Shown here: piece after piece, positions 10,048 through 20,300 of the stretch
Layout: each line of letters opens with the position of its first letter
How positions within the stretch are numbered: position 1 is the first letter of the stretch
Virus record (IMG/VR): IMGVR_UViG_2061766007_000583
DNA length: 61,094 nt
Source: an uncultured virus (IMG/VR IMGVR_UViG_2061766007_000583)
Lineage: Duplodnaviria; Heunggongvirae; Uroviricota; Caudoviricetes
Direction: 5' to 3' (one strand)
Position numbers and translations under genes: made by a program
The notes under the pieces: generated by a model
Told to the model about the DNA's origin: nothing
What the model saw: the letters and a program-made list of their open reading frames with translations, nothing else
The model's database searches: none

Positions 10048-10841
10048 ATATTAAATTCTTAACTAAAAAATATTTTTCCAAAGGAAAACCTTGTCCATAT
10101 AAATTAAAATCTGACATTAAAATATTAATATATCCTATACTAGTTGAAGATTATGAGGATTACGAAGATAGTTTATCTGTTATTCAAATGGATAAAAATA
10201 ACGTCGGTATTCCCGAAGTAATTAGTATGTCACAATTAGAATATTTAAATTATGTATTTAGTGATAATACTGGTTTAGGCGAACAACAATTACAAATGTT
10301 TAAACAAATATTTTCTTTATGTTTAAAAGAAGATTATGTTGCGATAACGCAAGATAAAAATGGTAAATATGTTGTAGTTGTTGCTGAAAATGTCGTTGAT
10401 AACGGCAAAGAAGAATTTGTTTTAAAATATACTATATCTAATAAAGAATACTTGGATATAGTAAAAATTATTTTATATCAAAATGATTTAGATTATAATG
10501 ACGAATATGTTAATCCAGATGTAATGAAAGAGTATAATGAATATATGCAATTGAAATTTAAAGGATTAAGACAACCGACATTAGAAGAAAGAAAAGTATT
10601 TGTATTGGCTAGATATAAATGTTCTATTGAAGAAGTTAATAAAATGACAAAACGACTTTTTGATATGTTATATTCTGAATATATTGGAATAGAACAATAT
10701 TTTGTTGATGTTATGTATAAGACTTCAGAAAAGTTTGATATAAAAGAAAATATACAATATCCATTGTTCAAACCTAAAGAAGATAGATTTAAAGATTTGT
10801 TTATGAGTACAGATACTTTAAATAACAAATTAGGTAATTAA
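10041..10841 (+). CDS. Hypothetical tail-region protein
   Basis: 266 aa ORF overlapping the previous gene. Confidence 0.5.
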   Translation: MVDIKFLTKKYFSKGKPCPYKLKSDIKILIYPILVEDYEDYEDSLSVIQMDKNNVGIPEVISMSQLEYLNYVFSDNTGLGEQQLQMFKQIFSLCLKEDYVAITQDKNGKYVVVVAENVVDNGKEEFVLKYTISNKEYLDIVKIILYQNDLDYNDEYVNPDVMKEYNEYMQLKFKGLRQPTLEERKVFVLARYKCSIEEVNKMTKRLFDMLYSEYIGIEQYFVDVMYKTSEKFDIKENIQYPLFKPKEDRFKDLFMSTDTLNNKLGN

Positions 10842-10864
10842 TTATTATGTAAAGGAGATAAAAA

Positions 10865-11914
10865 ATGAATAGTTATATTCTTGGTTCTGTTGGTTATGCA
10901 GAAGGTTTTCTTAACGGACAGAGAGTTCTTAAATCTAAAACACTTTTAAATAACTCTATTTCATTTTCTGTTAACCCTACTGAAGTTCGTGGTGGTGAAG
11001 GTAATGCTCTTATCGGAACTTTATTCTTCGATTCAACATTTAATATGTCACTCGAAGATTCAACTTTCGCTCTTGAGTATCTTGCTTTAAAGACTGGTTC
11101 TAGCATCACTACTGGCGTAACTGATTGGGCTAGTGAGCAGATTACAGTTGCTACTGCTAATGAAATCACTGTTACTGGAACACCTGTTGATTTTGGTGGA
11201 TTTGGTAAGGTTGGATTTTATCGTGTAGCAGGTTCTGATGAAGAGCATCAGATTACATTTGTTGGAAAGACTGCTTCTGTAACTGGTCTTGCAGAAGGTA
11301 CAAAAGTTTGTGTATCATATAATGCAAACAATGCAAATGGTAGAGAAATCAAGATTGCTTCTAACTTTGTTCCTAGTGAACTTTATTTGTTAGTTCATAC
11401 ACCTTTATTTAAGGCAGGCTCTAATAGTACTTCTGAATCACAGAAGGTTGGTGAAGTAGTTATTGAAATTCCTAGATTTCTTATTGACCCTAGTGGAGAT
11501 TTATCACTTACTTCTAATGGTGTTGCTACAGTTCCTTTGAGTGGTTCTGCACAAGTATCTTATGATACAACACAGTCTTGTGACGATAAGGGATTCTATG
11601 GTAGAATTAAGGAAATCGTTACTAACGCTGATGTTCTTGCTAGTGCAAAGAATATTGTAGTTGCTGATTCAGATGTTGACCTTGAAGTTAACGAAGAGCA
11701 GACACTTGTTGTTTACGCTTTATTTGATGGCTTGACATTGCCTACAAAACTTGATAATGCTGATTTAACATTTACAAGTGGTACTGGAACAGTTGCTTCA
11801 GTAACTAGTGCTGGTGTCGTTAAGGGATTGGCAGAAGGTAGTTCAATTATTGACGTAGTTGTTACTAGCCATCCTACTCTCGTAGCAAAGGCAGTTGTTA
11901 CTGTTACGGCGTAA
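10865..11914 (+). CDS. Major tail (tube) protein with C-terminal Big_2 Ig-like domain (phage A)
   Basis: EVRGGEGN motif; C-terminal LTFTS..TVASVTSAGVVKGLAEGS Ig motif; high-expression codon bias. Confidence 0.8.
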   Translation: MNSYILGSVGYAEGFLNGQRVLKSKTLLNNSISFSVNPTEVRGGEGNALIGTLFFDSTFNMSLEDSTFALEYLALKTGSSITTGVTDWASEQITVATANEITVTGTPVDFGGFGKVGFYRVAGSDEEHQITFVGKTASVTGLAEGTKVCVSYNANNANGREIKIASNFVPSELYLLVHTPLFKAGSNSTSESQKVGEVVIEIPRFLIDPSGDLSLTSNGVATVPLSGSAQVSYDTTQSCDDKGFYGRIKEIVTNADVLASAKNIVVADSDVDLEVNEEQTLVVYALFDGLTLPTKLDNADLTFTSGTGTVASVTSAGVVKGLAEGSSIIDVVVTSHPTLVAKAVVTVTA

Positions 11915-11933
11915 TTAATGTAATATAATATAA

Positions 11934-11972
11934 AAAGGTGTGATTGAAATATATCACACCTTTAGTACATAA
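11934..11972 (+). promoter_or_regulatory. 11-bp stem, TGAAATAT loop, followed by GTACATAA (site 3)
   Basis: AAAGGTGTGAT (11934-11944)/ATCACACCTTT (11953-11963); GTACATAA at 11965-11972 overlapping RBS AAGGAG. Confidence 0.7.
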
Positions 11973-11986
11973 GGAGAAATAAGTAT

Positions 11987-12433
11987 ATGTGTCAATTTAC
12001 TTATTACAAAGAAGAAGAAAAAGGCACTTATTATCCACAATTATATTGTCATATAACAAATGGATTCTGTTTATACAGAAAAAGGTGCGTTAAAGAAGGT
12101 AAATTTATTTTAATAGATGGTGATAGTTGGAAGGATTGTTATATAATGAACGATTATTTATTTAAACAAGACGCTCCTAAAGGAGCATATAAAGTAGTTG
12201 CTCACAATGTTCGTAAAAGTGGTAAGGTTGAACTTTATGTGCGTATAGATTCTGATACTACAGTTAAAGTAGAAATTCCTAAAACAGATGAAATTCCTAC
12301 TTATGTATTTTTGGATAAAATAGGCACAGAATATAAAGTTCTTGATAAACCTAAAACTGAAGAAAAAGAAAAACCTAAAGTAGAAAAGAAAGAGACTACA
12401 AAGAAAGTTACTAACAACAAAAAGAAGAAATAG
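11987..12433 (+). CDS. Cys-rich hypothetical protein with Lys-rich tail
   Basis: Five Cys in the first ~50 aa (MCQF..YCH..FCLYRKRC..KDC); 2 nt upstream of mazF-like gene. Confidence 0.6.
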   Translation: MCQFTYYKEEEKGTYYPQLYCHITNGFCLYRKRCVKEGKFILIDGDSWKDCYIMNDYLFKQDAPKGAYKVVAHNVRKSGKVELYVRIDSDTTVKVEIPKTDEIPTYVFLDKIGTEYKVLDKPKTEEKEKPKVEKKETTKKVTNNKKKK

Positions 12434-12435
12434 TA

Positions 12436-12795
12436 ATGGCTAAAAGGAAAATTAAACAAGGCGATATTTATATGGTTTCTTTTGATGATACAATAGGTTG
12501 TGAACAAAGTGGGGTTCGCCCTGCTTTAATAATTCAAAATGATTGGGGCAATGAATGTAGTCCTACAACGATTATTCTTCCTATAACTAGTAAAAATAAA
12601 AATATTTTACCTACTCATTATGTTTTATTTAAAAACAAATATCCTTCTCTATCTTTTGAGTATAATATAGTTCTCGGCGAACAAATAAGATGCATAGACA
12701 AAAAAAGACTAGAGAGAAAAGTTTGTAGTATTGATAAGGAAGATATTACCAATATTATAAAAATATTAAATCAGAACTTTATATTAACAGATTAG
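12436..12795 (+). CDS. mazF: PemK/MazF-family endoribonuclease (NdoA/EndoA-like)
   Basis: KQGDIYMV..GCEQSGVRPALIIQNDWGN..SPTTIILPITS..H..EQIRCIDKKRL matches the Firmicutes MazF pattern; catalytic Arg (RP) and Thr (PITS) are present. Confidence 0.9.
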   Translation: MAKRKIKQGDIYMVSFDDTIGCEQSGVRPALIIQNDWGNECSPTTIILPITSKNKNILPTHYVLFKNKYPSLSFEYNIVLGEQIRCIDKKRLERKVCSIDKEDITNIIKILNQNFILTD

Positions 12796-12809
12796 AAGGG
12801 AAACGAGTA

Positions 12810-13289
12810 ATGGAACAATTTGATATGCTAGTAGATAGAGTTAATGCTATCGAAAAAAAAGAAAATGAAGACATTAAAGAAATTAATGATAAGATTGGTA
12901 AAATGAATGTCGAATTAGAGAAGAATAATCTTTTAACACAACAGAATATTGAAACATCAAAAGAACTTTCAAGTACAATGTCAACAATAAAAGACACGAT
13001 GATTACAATGACAGAATCAATAAAACATTCAAATCAAGTGTCGGAAAATTTATCAAATAATGTAGATAGATTAACAGTGCAGATTAAAAATGTTGACGAA
13101 AAATTTGAGAAAAAAGTTAATGAAACAAACGAAAAAATCAAATCAATAGATGATAAAAGCAAGATAGATATTGTTGAAGTTCAGAAAGATGGTATTAAAA
13201 CAGAGATAGTTAAATATCTGATAACTGGCGGTCTTGGATTAGGTGTCGGTGCTTTTATTCTTAAACTATTGGAGACTTTTATTAAATAG
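12810..13289 (+). CDS. Coiled-coil protein with C-terminal transmembrane helix
   Basis: Long heptad region then YLITGGLGLGVGAFILKLL; function uncertain (holin/XhlA-like architecture). Confidence 0.5.
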   Translation: MEQFDMLVDRVNAIEKKENEDIKEINDKIGKMNVELEKNNLLTQQNIETSKELSSTMSTIKDTMITMTESIKHSNQVSENLSNNVDRLTVQIKNVDEKFEKKVNETNEKIKSIDDKSKIDIVEVQKDGIKTEIVKYLITGGLGLGVGAFILKLLETFIK

Positions 13290-13298
13290 GAGTTATAT

Positions 13299-13715
13299 AT
13301 GAAAATAGAAAAGAATTATTTAACTACTAGTGAAATCAGATATATCGGTCAAATGTTGATTGATTTGGAAGATTCTGATTTTATGACTAGAGAATATATT
13401 AAGTATTTGACTATTGCAGATTTTTGTACTGACTTTAAGTTAGATACTGATAAAGACGAGAACGGTAATGATACTGTTACTTGGAAAGAAGAAAAATATA
13501 ATGAACTTTGGGCTAATGGAGATATTGAAGTTTTAGACAAGGAGATTAAGAACGCATATCTTATTGATATGTATGTTGATGATAAACAGAGTACATATAA
13601 CTTATTTAAAGAACTTGGAAACCAACTTACTGAATCTGTTAAAAACTTTAATATTGACGAGACCAAAGAAGTTATGAAACAATTTAGTGATTTAGTCGAT
13701 AAAGAAAAGAAGTGA
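13299..13715 (+). CDS. Hypothetical protein (possible tail assembly chaperone)
   Basis: 138 aa acidic ORF between tail tube and TMP. Confidence 0.45.
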   Translation: MKIEKNYLTTSEIRYIGQMLIDLEDSDFMTREYIKYLTIADFCTDFKLDTDKDENGNDTVTWKEEKYNELWANGDIEVLDKEIKNAYLIDMYVDDKQSTYNLFKELGNQLTESVKNFNIDETKEVMKQFSDLVDKEKK

Positions 13716-13721
13716 TAAGAT

Positions 13722-14246
13722 ATGGCAACTTGGGCTGGAAAACATGACGTTGAAGATTTTGAACAGTTAGAATTTTCTATAGGTGCTGAAACTTCTGAAA
13801 TATTGGAATATGTTATGGAATATGTTGTCCTTCCACAATTACAAGATTATATTGAAAGAGATGTTTATAATTATCATGGACAACTTTCTGAAGATTTTTG
13901 GGATGGAAGAAGTGGTGATTTTAAAAGGGCTTGGAAAATTAAAGTTCAAAGACAAGGTTTTTATAATAATATAGAATTGTATATAGATGAAGATGAATTT
14001 TCTTATCAAATGTCACATTCACTTTCTCATATGACAGATAGTGCTAGTGGATTGGCAGAAATTATTAACGAAGGTTGGAACTCAACCTCTTATCCATTTC
14101 CACCTTATAATTTTCCAGCAATGTATGCAAGACCATATTGGGATGATTTTATTGAATGGATGAATAATAATTTTGAAGAAGAATTTATAAAAGAATGTAA
14201 TAGGCGTGGTTTAAATATGGTTATTACTGGAGATTTAAGTTTTTAG
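13722..14246 (+). CDS. Putative neck/tail completion protein (HK97 gp10-like)
   Basis: Motifs DVY..RSGDFKRAW, LAEIINEG and ARPYW. Confidence 0.45.
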   Translation: MATWAGKHDVEDFEQLEFSIGAETSEILEYVMEYVVLPQLQDYIERDVYNYHGQLSEDFWDGRSGDFKRAWKIKVQRQGFYNNIELYIDEDEFSYQMSHSLSHMTDSASGLAEIINEGWNSTSYPFPPYNFPAMYARPYWDDFIEWMNNNFEEEFIKECNRRGLNMVITGDLSF

Positions 14247-14250
14247 ATAA

Positions 14251-14289
14251 AGAAAAAAGAGATTACTTTTTAGGTAATCTCTTTTTTTA
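14251..14289. terminator. Intrinsic, probably bidirectional terminator
   Basis: AAAAAAGAGATTAC-tttta-GGTAATCTCTTTTTTT. Confidence 0.75.
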
Positions 14290-14306
14290 CTTTTAAGGAG
14301 AAGCAT

Positions 14307-14879
14307 ATGAAATGTTTAAGTATAGACGCTTCAAGTACTTGTATAGGTTGGGCTTTGTGGAATGACGATAAGTTATTACAATATGGAAAGATAAAACCTG
14401 AAGATGAAAATGCTCATTGGAGAGAAAGAATTAAATCTCTTTTATTTCAGTTAGATAAAATTATGAAAGATAATAAGCCTAAAAAGGTTTATTGTGAAGA
14501 TGTTCCTTTAATGAATAAGGGTGGTAAAGCCACATTAGTCGTTTTAGGAGCAGTACAAGGCTCTATATTAGGTTTATGTGCTTCAAACGATATAATTATC
14601 GACTTCATTAATGTAGGACACTGGAGAAGCCGTATAGGGCTTTATAACGGCACTGAAAAAGGTAAGGAAAGAGATAATTTAAAAGTTGCTTCAATAAATC
14701 TTGCTAATAAGTTGTTTGATATAGATTTGAATTGTGTATTAACCAAAAGTGGAAGATATAATGAGAAGAAATCTGACGACGATATAGCAGATAGTATTTT
14801 ATTGTATGCAAGTAATTTTGATAAATATTGCAATAAGCAAAGACAAAAAGGAAAATTTGGTGGGAAGGGGGATAAGTAA
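14307..14879 (+). CDS. RuvC-like Holliday junction resolvase
   Basis: LSIDASSTCIGWA, VYCED and DDDIADSI RNase H-fold catalytic motifs. Confidence 0.8.
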   Translation: MKCLSIDASSTCIGWALWNDDKLLQYGKIKPEDENAHWRERIKSLLFQLDKIMKDNKPKKVYCEDVPLMNKGGKATLVVLGAVQGSILGLCASNDIIIDFINVGHWRSRIGLYNGTEKGKERDNLKVASINLANKLFDIDLNCVLTKSGRYNEKKSDDDIADSILLYASNFDKYCNKQRQKGKFGGKGDK

Positions 14880-15901
14880 TGATTGCTCAAAGTGCTAACG
14901 GAAATAGATATAATATTAAAGTTGGTGCTACATTCGTAGGTCAAACTCAATTAGCACAAAATTTAAGAGAAGCAATAAGAAATCTAGAAAAAACTTCTAC
15001 TATTACAACTAAATTAAAGTTAAAAGGTGGAGAAGAAGCAACAAGAGTTTTAATTAAGTATAAAGATGTTCTTGGTCAAGTATCTGAAAGAGAAAAAATA
15101 TTGACTAAAGATGGTAAGACATTAAGCGATACTATTGTTAAAACTTCTAGTGCAGTAAATGATATACGTAGTACATTTGGTAGATTAAATAAAGAAACCG
15201 AAACTAATGTAAGTGCAACTGGTAGACTTATAACTAGAACTAAAGAATATAGAGATGGTGTTCTTGAATGTGTTAATGTTACTCAACAATGGACTAATAC
15301 TAATGGTCAACTAGTAACGCAAGTAGATAAATTAGATGCTAATGGTAAAAAGTTAGCAGACACACAAACAAAAATAACTCAAAGTACTCATAATTCTACT
15401 ACTGAAATAAATAAATACGTTGATGCTCAAGGTAGAGAGATTACTGAAATTACAAAACTTAATGCTCAACGTGACGGAGAAGTAGAAAGAATTATAAAAG
15501 CAAAAACTGCTGAAGGTGGATTAATTACAACTACTGAAAAATTAAGAGTTTATCGTGGACAAGAATTAGAACAAACACGAGAAGCAACTCATGTGATTGA
15601 AAGAAACACTCAAGCAACTCAAGAAAATACTAATGCTCAACAAAATTTAGGTAATGCTTTTAAACAACAATTGGGTGCTATTGATGATTTTGTTTCTACT
15701 ATGGGTAAGGTAATTAAATTCCAAATTATAACAAAGATTATAACTGGATTTACTACGGCTTGTAGAGAAGCAATTCAAGTTGTTACTGAATTTGATTCTG
15801 CATTAACAGAATTTAAAAAAGTGTCTGATTTAAGTGGAGATGCACTTGATTCATATACTCAAAAATTAGGTGAATTAGGCGAAGCAGTTGCAAGAACTCG
15901 T
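14879..15901 (+). CDS. Tape measure protein, exon 1 (phage A)
   Basis: Ends ...EFDSALTEFKKVSDL..LGEAVARTR at U15901, the 5' splice site. Confidence 0.85.
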
Positions 15902-16147
15902 AAACATTTGTTGTGCGAGAACGTATAGTAATATGCGTTAAGAATCTGTCTAAAACCCAAAGTTCCTAAAGCCATAACAACTACAAAGCAACGATGAAAT
16001 AAGCGTAAACTTGAATGTGGGAAACCGTAAAAATGTTATGGATGATATATGGTTGAAAAACCTAACTATTGTAACAATGGATAATGGGTAGCGAAGTTCC
16101 GAAAAGGAATGTGTTGAACGACTATCCTTTGCAATCAATATTTTATA

Positions 16148-16176
16148 TTGACAAATATAACTAATTATGATATAAT
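16148..16176 (+). promoter_or_regulatory. Consensus sigmaA promoter inside the intron
   Basis: TTGACA-17 bp-TATAAT with extended TG, upstream of the endonuclease ORF. Confidence 0.75.
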
Positions 16177-16311
16177 TAGAATAAGGTAACTGAAATGTTA
16201 CACGAAGCATATAGGAGTACACTCTAACGCTTATGAGTGGAAAAGGCAGACCCCAGCAATGGGTGAAGAAATAGTCTAATCATATATGAAAATATATGGA
16301 GGTTGTTATTA

Positions 16312-17357
16312 ATGAATGAAAACGAATTAATAGAAAAATTTAAAAATAAAGAATTAATATTGTTAAATCCAAAAGATTATAAAAATAATAAAACAAAATT
16401 AACATCTTATGATAAAGAAGGTTATTATTATTATTTTAATTTAAATTCNNNNNNNNNNNNNNNNNNNNNNNNNNNNNNNNNNNNNNNNNNNNNNNNNNNN
16501 NNNNNNNNNNNNNNNNNNNNNNNNNNNNNNNNNNNNNNNNNNNNNNNNNNNNNNNNNNNNNNNNNNNNNNNNNNNNNNNNNNNNNNNNNNNNNNNNNNNN
16601 NNNNNNNNNNNNNNNNNNNNNNNNNNNNNNNNNNNNNNNNNNNNNNNNNNNNNNNNNNNNNNNNNNNNNNNNNNNNNNNNNNNNNNNNNNNNNNNNNNNN
16701 NNNNNNNNNNNNNNNNNNNNNNNNNNNNNNNNNNNNNNNNNNNNNNNNNNNNNNNNNNNNNNNNNNNNNNNNNNNNNNNNNNNNNNNNNNNNNNNNNNNN
16801 NNNNNNNNNNNNNNNNNNNNNNNNNNNNNNNNNNNNNNNNNNNNNNNNNNNNNNNNNNNNNNNNNNNNNNNNNTTGTTAAAGATGGAGTATATAAAGAAT
16901 ATCCAACATTATATTGTAAATGTAGTTGTGGAAAAGAATTTAATACAAATATATCTTCAATTAAAAGTGGACAATATAGGTNNNNNNNNNNNNNNNNNNN
17001 NNNNNNNNNNNNNNNNNNNNNNNNNNNNNNNNNNNNNNNNAAAATAATAACATAAATTTTGAATGTCAAAAAAGATTTGATGAATGTAAAGATATTAAAA
17101 CATTACCATTTGATTTTTATATAAAAGATTTAAATATTTGTATAGAGATAGATGGAGAACAACATAATAAAATAGTTAAATATTCTAATAATTCAAATTC
17201 TGAATTAGAGTTTAAAAAGAGAAAATATCACGATGAAATAAAAAATAAATTTTGTAAAGAAAATAATATTAAATTAATAAGAATACCACAAAAATTTATT
17301 GAAAGAAATCATACTGAATATATAGATATATTATATAACAATCTCATTAAGAAGTAG
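16312..17357 (+). CDS. Intron-encoded homing endonuclease, Vsr-like/EDxHD-type (gapped)
   Basis: RBS GGAGG 16298-16302; CKCSCG motif; C-terminus after the gap reads FECQKRFDECKDIKTLPFDFYIKDLNICIEIDGEQH..HDEIKNKFCKENNIKLIRIP, stop at 17355-17357. Confidence 0.8.
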
Positions 17358-17380
17358 CGATTCTTAATAAATATTAATTG

Positions 17381-20300
17381 ACACAAATGGTTGAAGCCTC
17401 AACTCAATTCAAGAAATCAGGTTTTAGCGATGAAGATTCTGCTCAATTAGCACAAGTGTCAAGTTTGTATCAAAATATAGCAGATAGTGAAATGTCGGCT
17501 GGAGATAGTGCTACATTTATTATCTCTCAAATGAAAGCGTTTAAGAATGAATTTGAAGATTTTAATACAGAAGCAGAAAAAGCAACACATATTATTAATG
17601 CAATAAATGAAACTTCGAATCACATGGCTGTATCATCTACAGATATTGCTACTGCTTTAAGTAAAACTTCTAGTGCTATGTCAGCATTAGGAAATAGTTA
17701 CGAAGAAAGTATTGCACTTGTTGTAAGTGGCACGGAAATCATGCAAGGACAAGCCTCGAAGGTTGCTCGTGGTCTTCGTAGTTTCGGAAACCAAATTGCA
17801 AAAATTGCAAGTAGTGCTGGTGAACTTGATTTTGAAGTACAAGGTGCAACAAAGTCTATAGCCCTTATGGGTTCAGATGGAAATCTTAAATCAACATATC
17901 AAGTATTAAAAGAAATATCAGAAGAATGGGATAATATGACGACTGCCGAAAGACAAGCGTTAGGTATCTCATTGGCTGGTAAAACACAGTTTGAAGTATT
18001 TACTTCAGTTTTAAACAACTTTGAAGGTGCAGAGAAAGCATTAACTCTTGCTACTGAATCACAAAATTCAGCATGGAAAGAAAATGCTAGATATATGGAA
18101 AGTATTGAAGCCAAATATCAAGCATTAAAGACTGCAACTGAAAACCTTATATTAGGTGATGGTGGACTTGAAAAATTAGTTAAAATTATTTTAACTGTTA
18201 CAACTGCAATAGTTAATTTTATTGATAAGGCTGGTGGTTTAACTACAGTAATTGGTGCATTAACTAGTGCTTTAATATTGCTTAATTCAAAAGCAATAAT
18301 GAAAATGATAATGTCATTTCCTTTATTGTGGGAACAAATAAAATTAACTACTACTGCATATATAGAATTTGCTACTACTGCAAGTACGGCAAATGAAATA
18401 TTAACTGCAAGTGTTCCTATTGTTGGTATTGTAATAGCAGTATTAACTGCATTATTTGGTGCATTAGTATTATTATATAAACAAATAACTGTAACAGTTG
18501 ATGAAATACAAGAATTAGGACAGAAGTTTTCTAACGAAAAAGGAGAAATTGAAGACTTAACTAAACAAGTAGATAGGTTAAGAGAAAAATTAAAGAAACT
18601 TCAAGAAGTAGAATCTCCTACTATTATTGAACAAAAAGAAATAGATAAAACCGAGTATGAAATTGCTCAACTTGAGAGAGAACTTGCACTTAAAGAAAAG
18701 ATTGCCCAAAAAGATAAAGAAAAACTTACAAAACAAGTTGAAAAACAAGTTTATGGTTATGGTGCTTTTGGTGGCTATGGTTTAGGTGGAGTATTTGATA
18801 ATAGTTTTGATGCTGAATTAACTAAAAGTAGTGGAGAACTCCTTGTTTCAGCAAGTAGACTTACTGGAATAGATTATCAAGGTAAACAAGGATATCAAAG
18901 AGTTGAAGCATATAGACAGATACAAGAAGAATTATCTAAATTAATAGTTCAATATCACGAAGAACAAAAGACACTTGATGAATCTAGTAGTAAATATAAA
19001 GAATTAGAATTTAAAATACAAGAATGTCAGTCGGCTTATGATAAAATTGATGAACATTTACCTAGTGTAGTTCAGAAATTAGATAGTCTTACTGAAGGGC
19101 TTGATGAAAATAGTGTTTTATATCAAATTATAAAAGATACTGTTAATGATTATACTGATTCTTTAATTGAAAATCAAGAAGTACAAACAAAAAGTAACGA
19201 TATTGATGAATATATTCAGCAAACTCTTAATGATGTTGCAGATAAATATCAACTTAATGCTGAACAAATTGAAGAACTCAATGCAATAGTCAAAGAAGCA
19301 ATAGAAAATAAAAGTGACGAAGAAGATGCTTATGAAGTTGCACAAAATGCTATTGATAATTATATTGATAGTATTGAAGGTGGTATTGATGCGTGGGAAA
19401 GATGGAATGAAACATTAGACACTATTCAATCAGCATATGAAACACTTTCTGGTGCAGTAGAAGAATATAATGAGACTCAAGCATTTACTATTGATACAGT
19501 TCAATCATTATTGAATTTAGGAAGCGATTATTTGTCATTACTCGATTTTGAGAATGGTAAATTAAGTCTTAATAAAGAAGCAATAATGGAAAAGGTTAAG
19601 GCTCAAATTGAAGAAGCCAAAGCCACTGTATATCAAGAAGCAGTTGATAGACTTGAAGCATTAGCAAAAGATAAAGTAATTGAAGCAAGTAAATCTTCTG
19701 TAGCACAAATTTCTAATGAAACTACGGCTTTAAAAGAAAATACTAGTGCTACATTAGAGAACTCTGAAGCAAAATTAAAGAATGCAATTAATAGAGCATA
19801 TGCTGAAGGAGTAACTCAAGAAGAAGTTAATAAAGTAGTCTCTGATATGAATAAACAATTGAAGATACTTGACGAATTAACTTTAAGTGTTGGTAATAGT
19901 TTTGAATCTTCAATGTCAAAAGCAAAGACTTCAACTCAAAGAGCGAAGGAAGAAGTTAATAAAACTAAAGAAGCCGTAAATGCTCTTAAACAAGAAGTAG
20001 AAGACCTTAAAGATGAAATATCAGATTATGATAAAGTAATCTCTTATATTAACGGAAAACTTGATGATGAAATAGATAGACTTGAAGATTTAAGAGACAA
20101 AGAAGTTGAAGCAATTGAAAAGCAAATTGATGAACTTGAAGCCCTTCAAAAGAAAGAAGAAGAAGAAGCAAAAGCAAGGATTAAATTCCTTGAACAAGAA
20201 CGTGATGCTTTAATTGATAATAATAAACTTCAGATTAATTATCTTCAAGAGAGACAGAATGCTGAAGAAGAATATTGGAATAACAAAATACAAGCCCTTA

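Larger units (their letters stand above)
15902..17380 (+). ncRNA. Group I intron in the tape measure gene
   Basis: P1: exon CTCGT pairs with IGS GCGAG, with U-G at the splice site; P10: CATTTG(T)TGT pairs with 3' exon ACACAAATG; P3 TCTGTCT/AGGCAGA; P7 GACTAT/ATAGTC; P8 CCCA-GCAA-TGGG; terminal G17380; splicing restores in-frame VARTR|TQMVEASTQFKKSG. Confidence 0.92.

Noticed and set aside
11944..11972. TTGAAAT...GTACATA as a sigmaA promoter
   Set aside because: Spacing and -10 do not fit sigmaA, TGAAATAT forms the hairpin loop, and site 1 lacks it at that spacing; a phage-specific late promoter is not excluded and is kept as the alternative hypothesis
16431..17069. Minus-strand ORF across the intron, and the apparent stop at 17055 on the plus strand
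   Set aside because: Artefacts of N runs of uncertain length; the endonuclease continues in another frame to 17357
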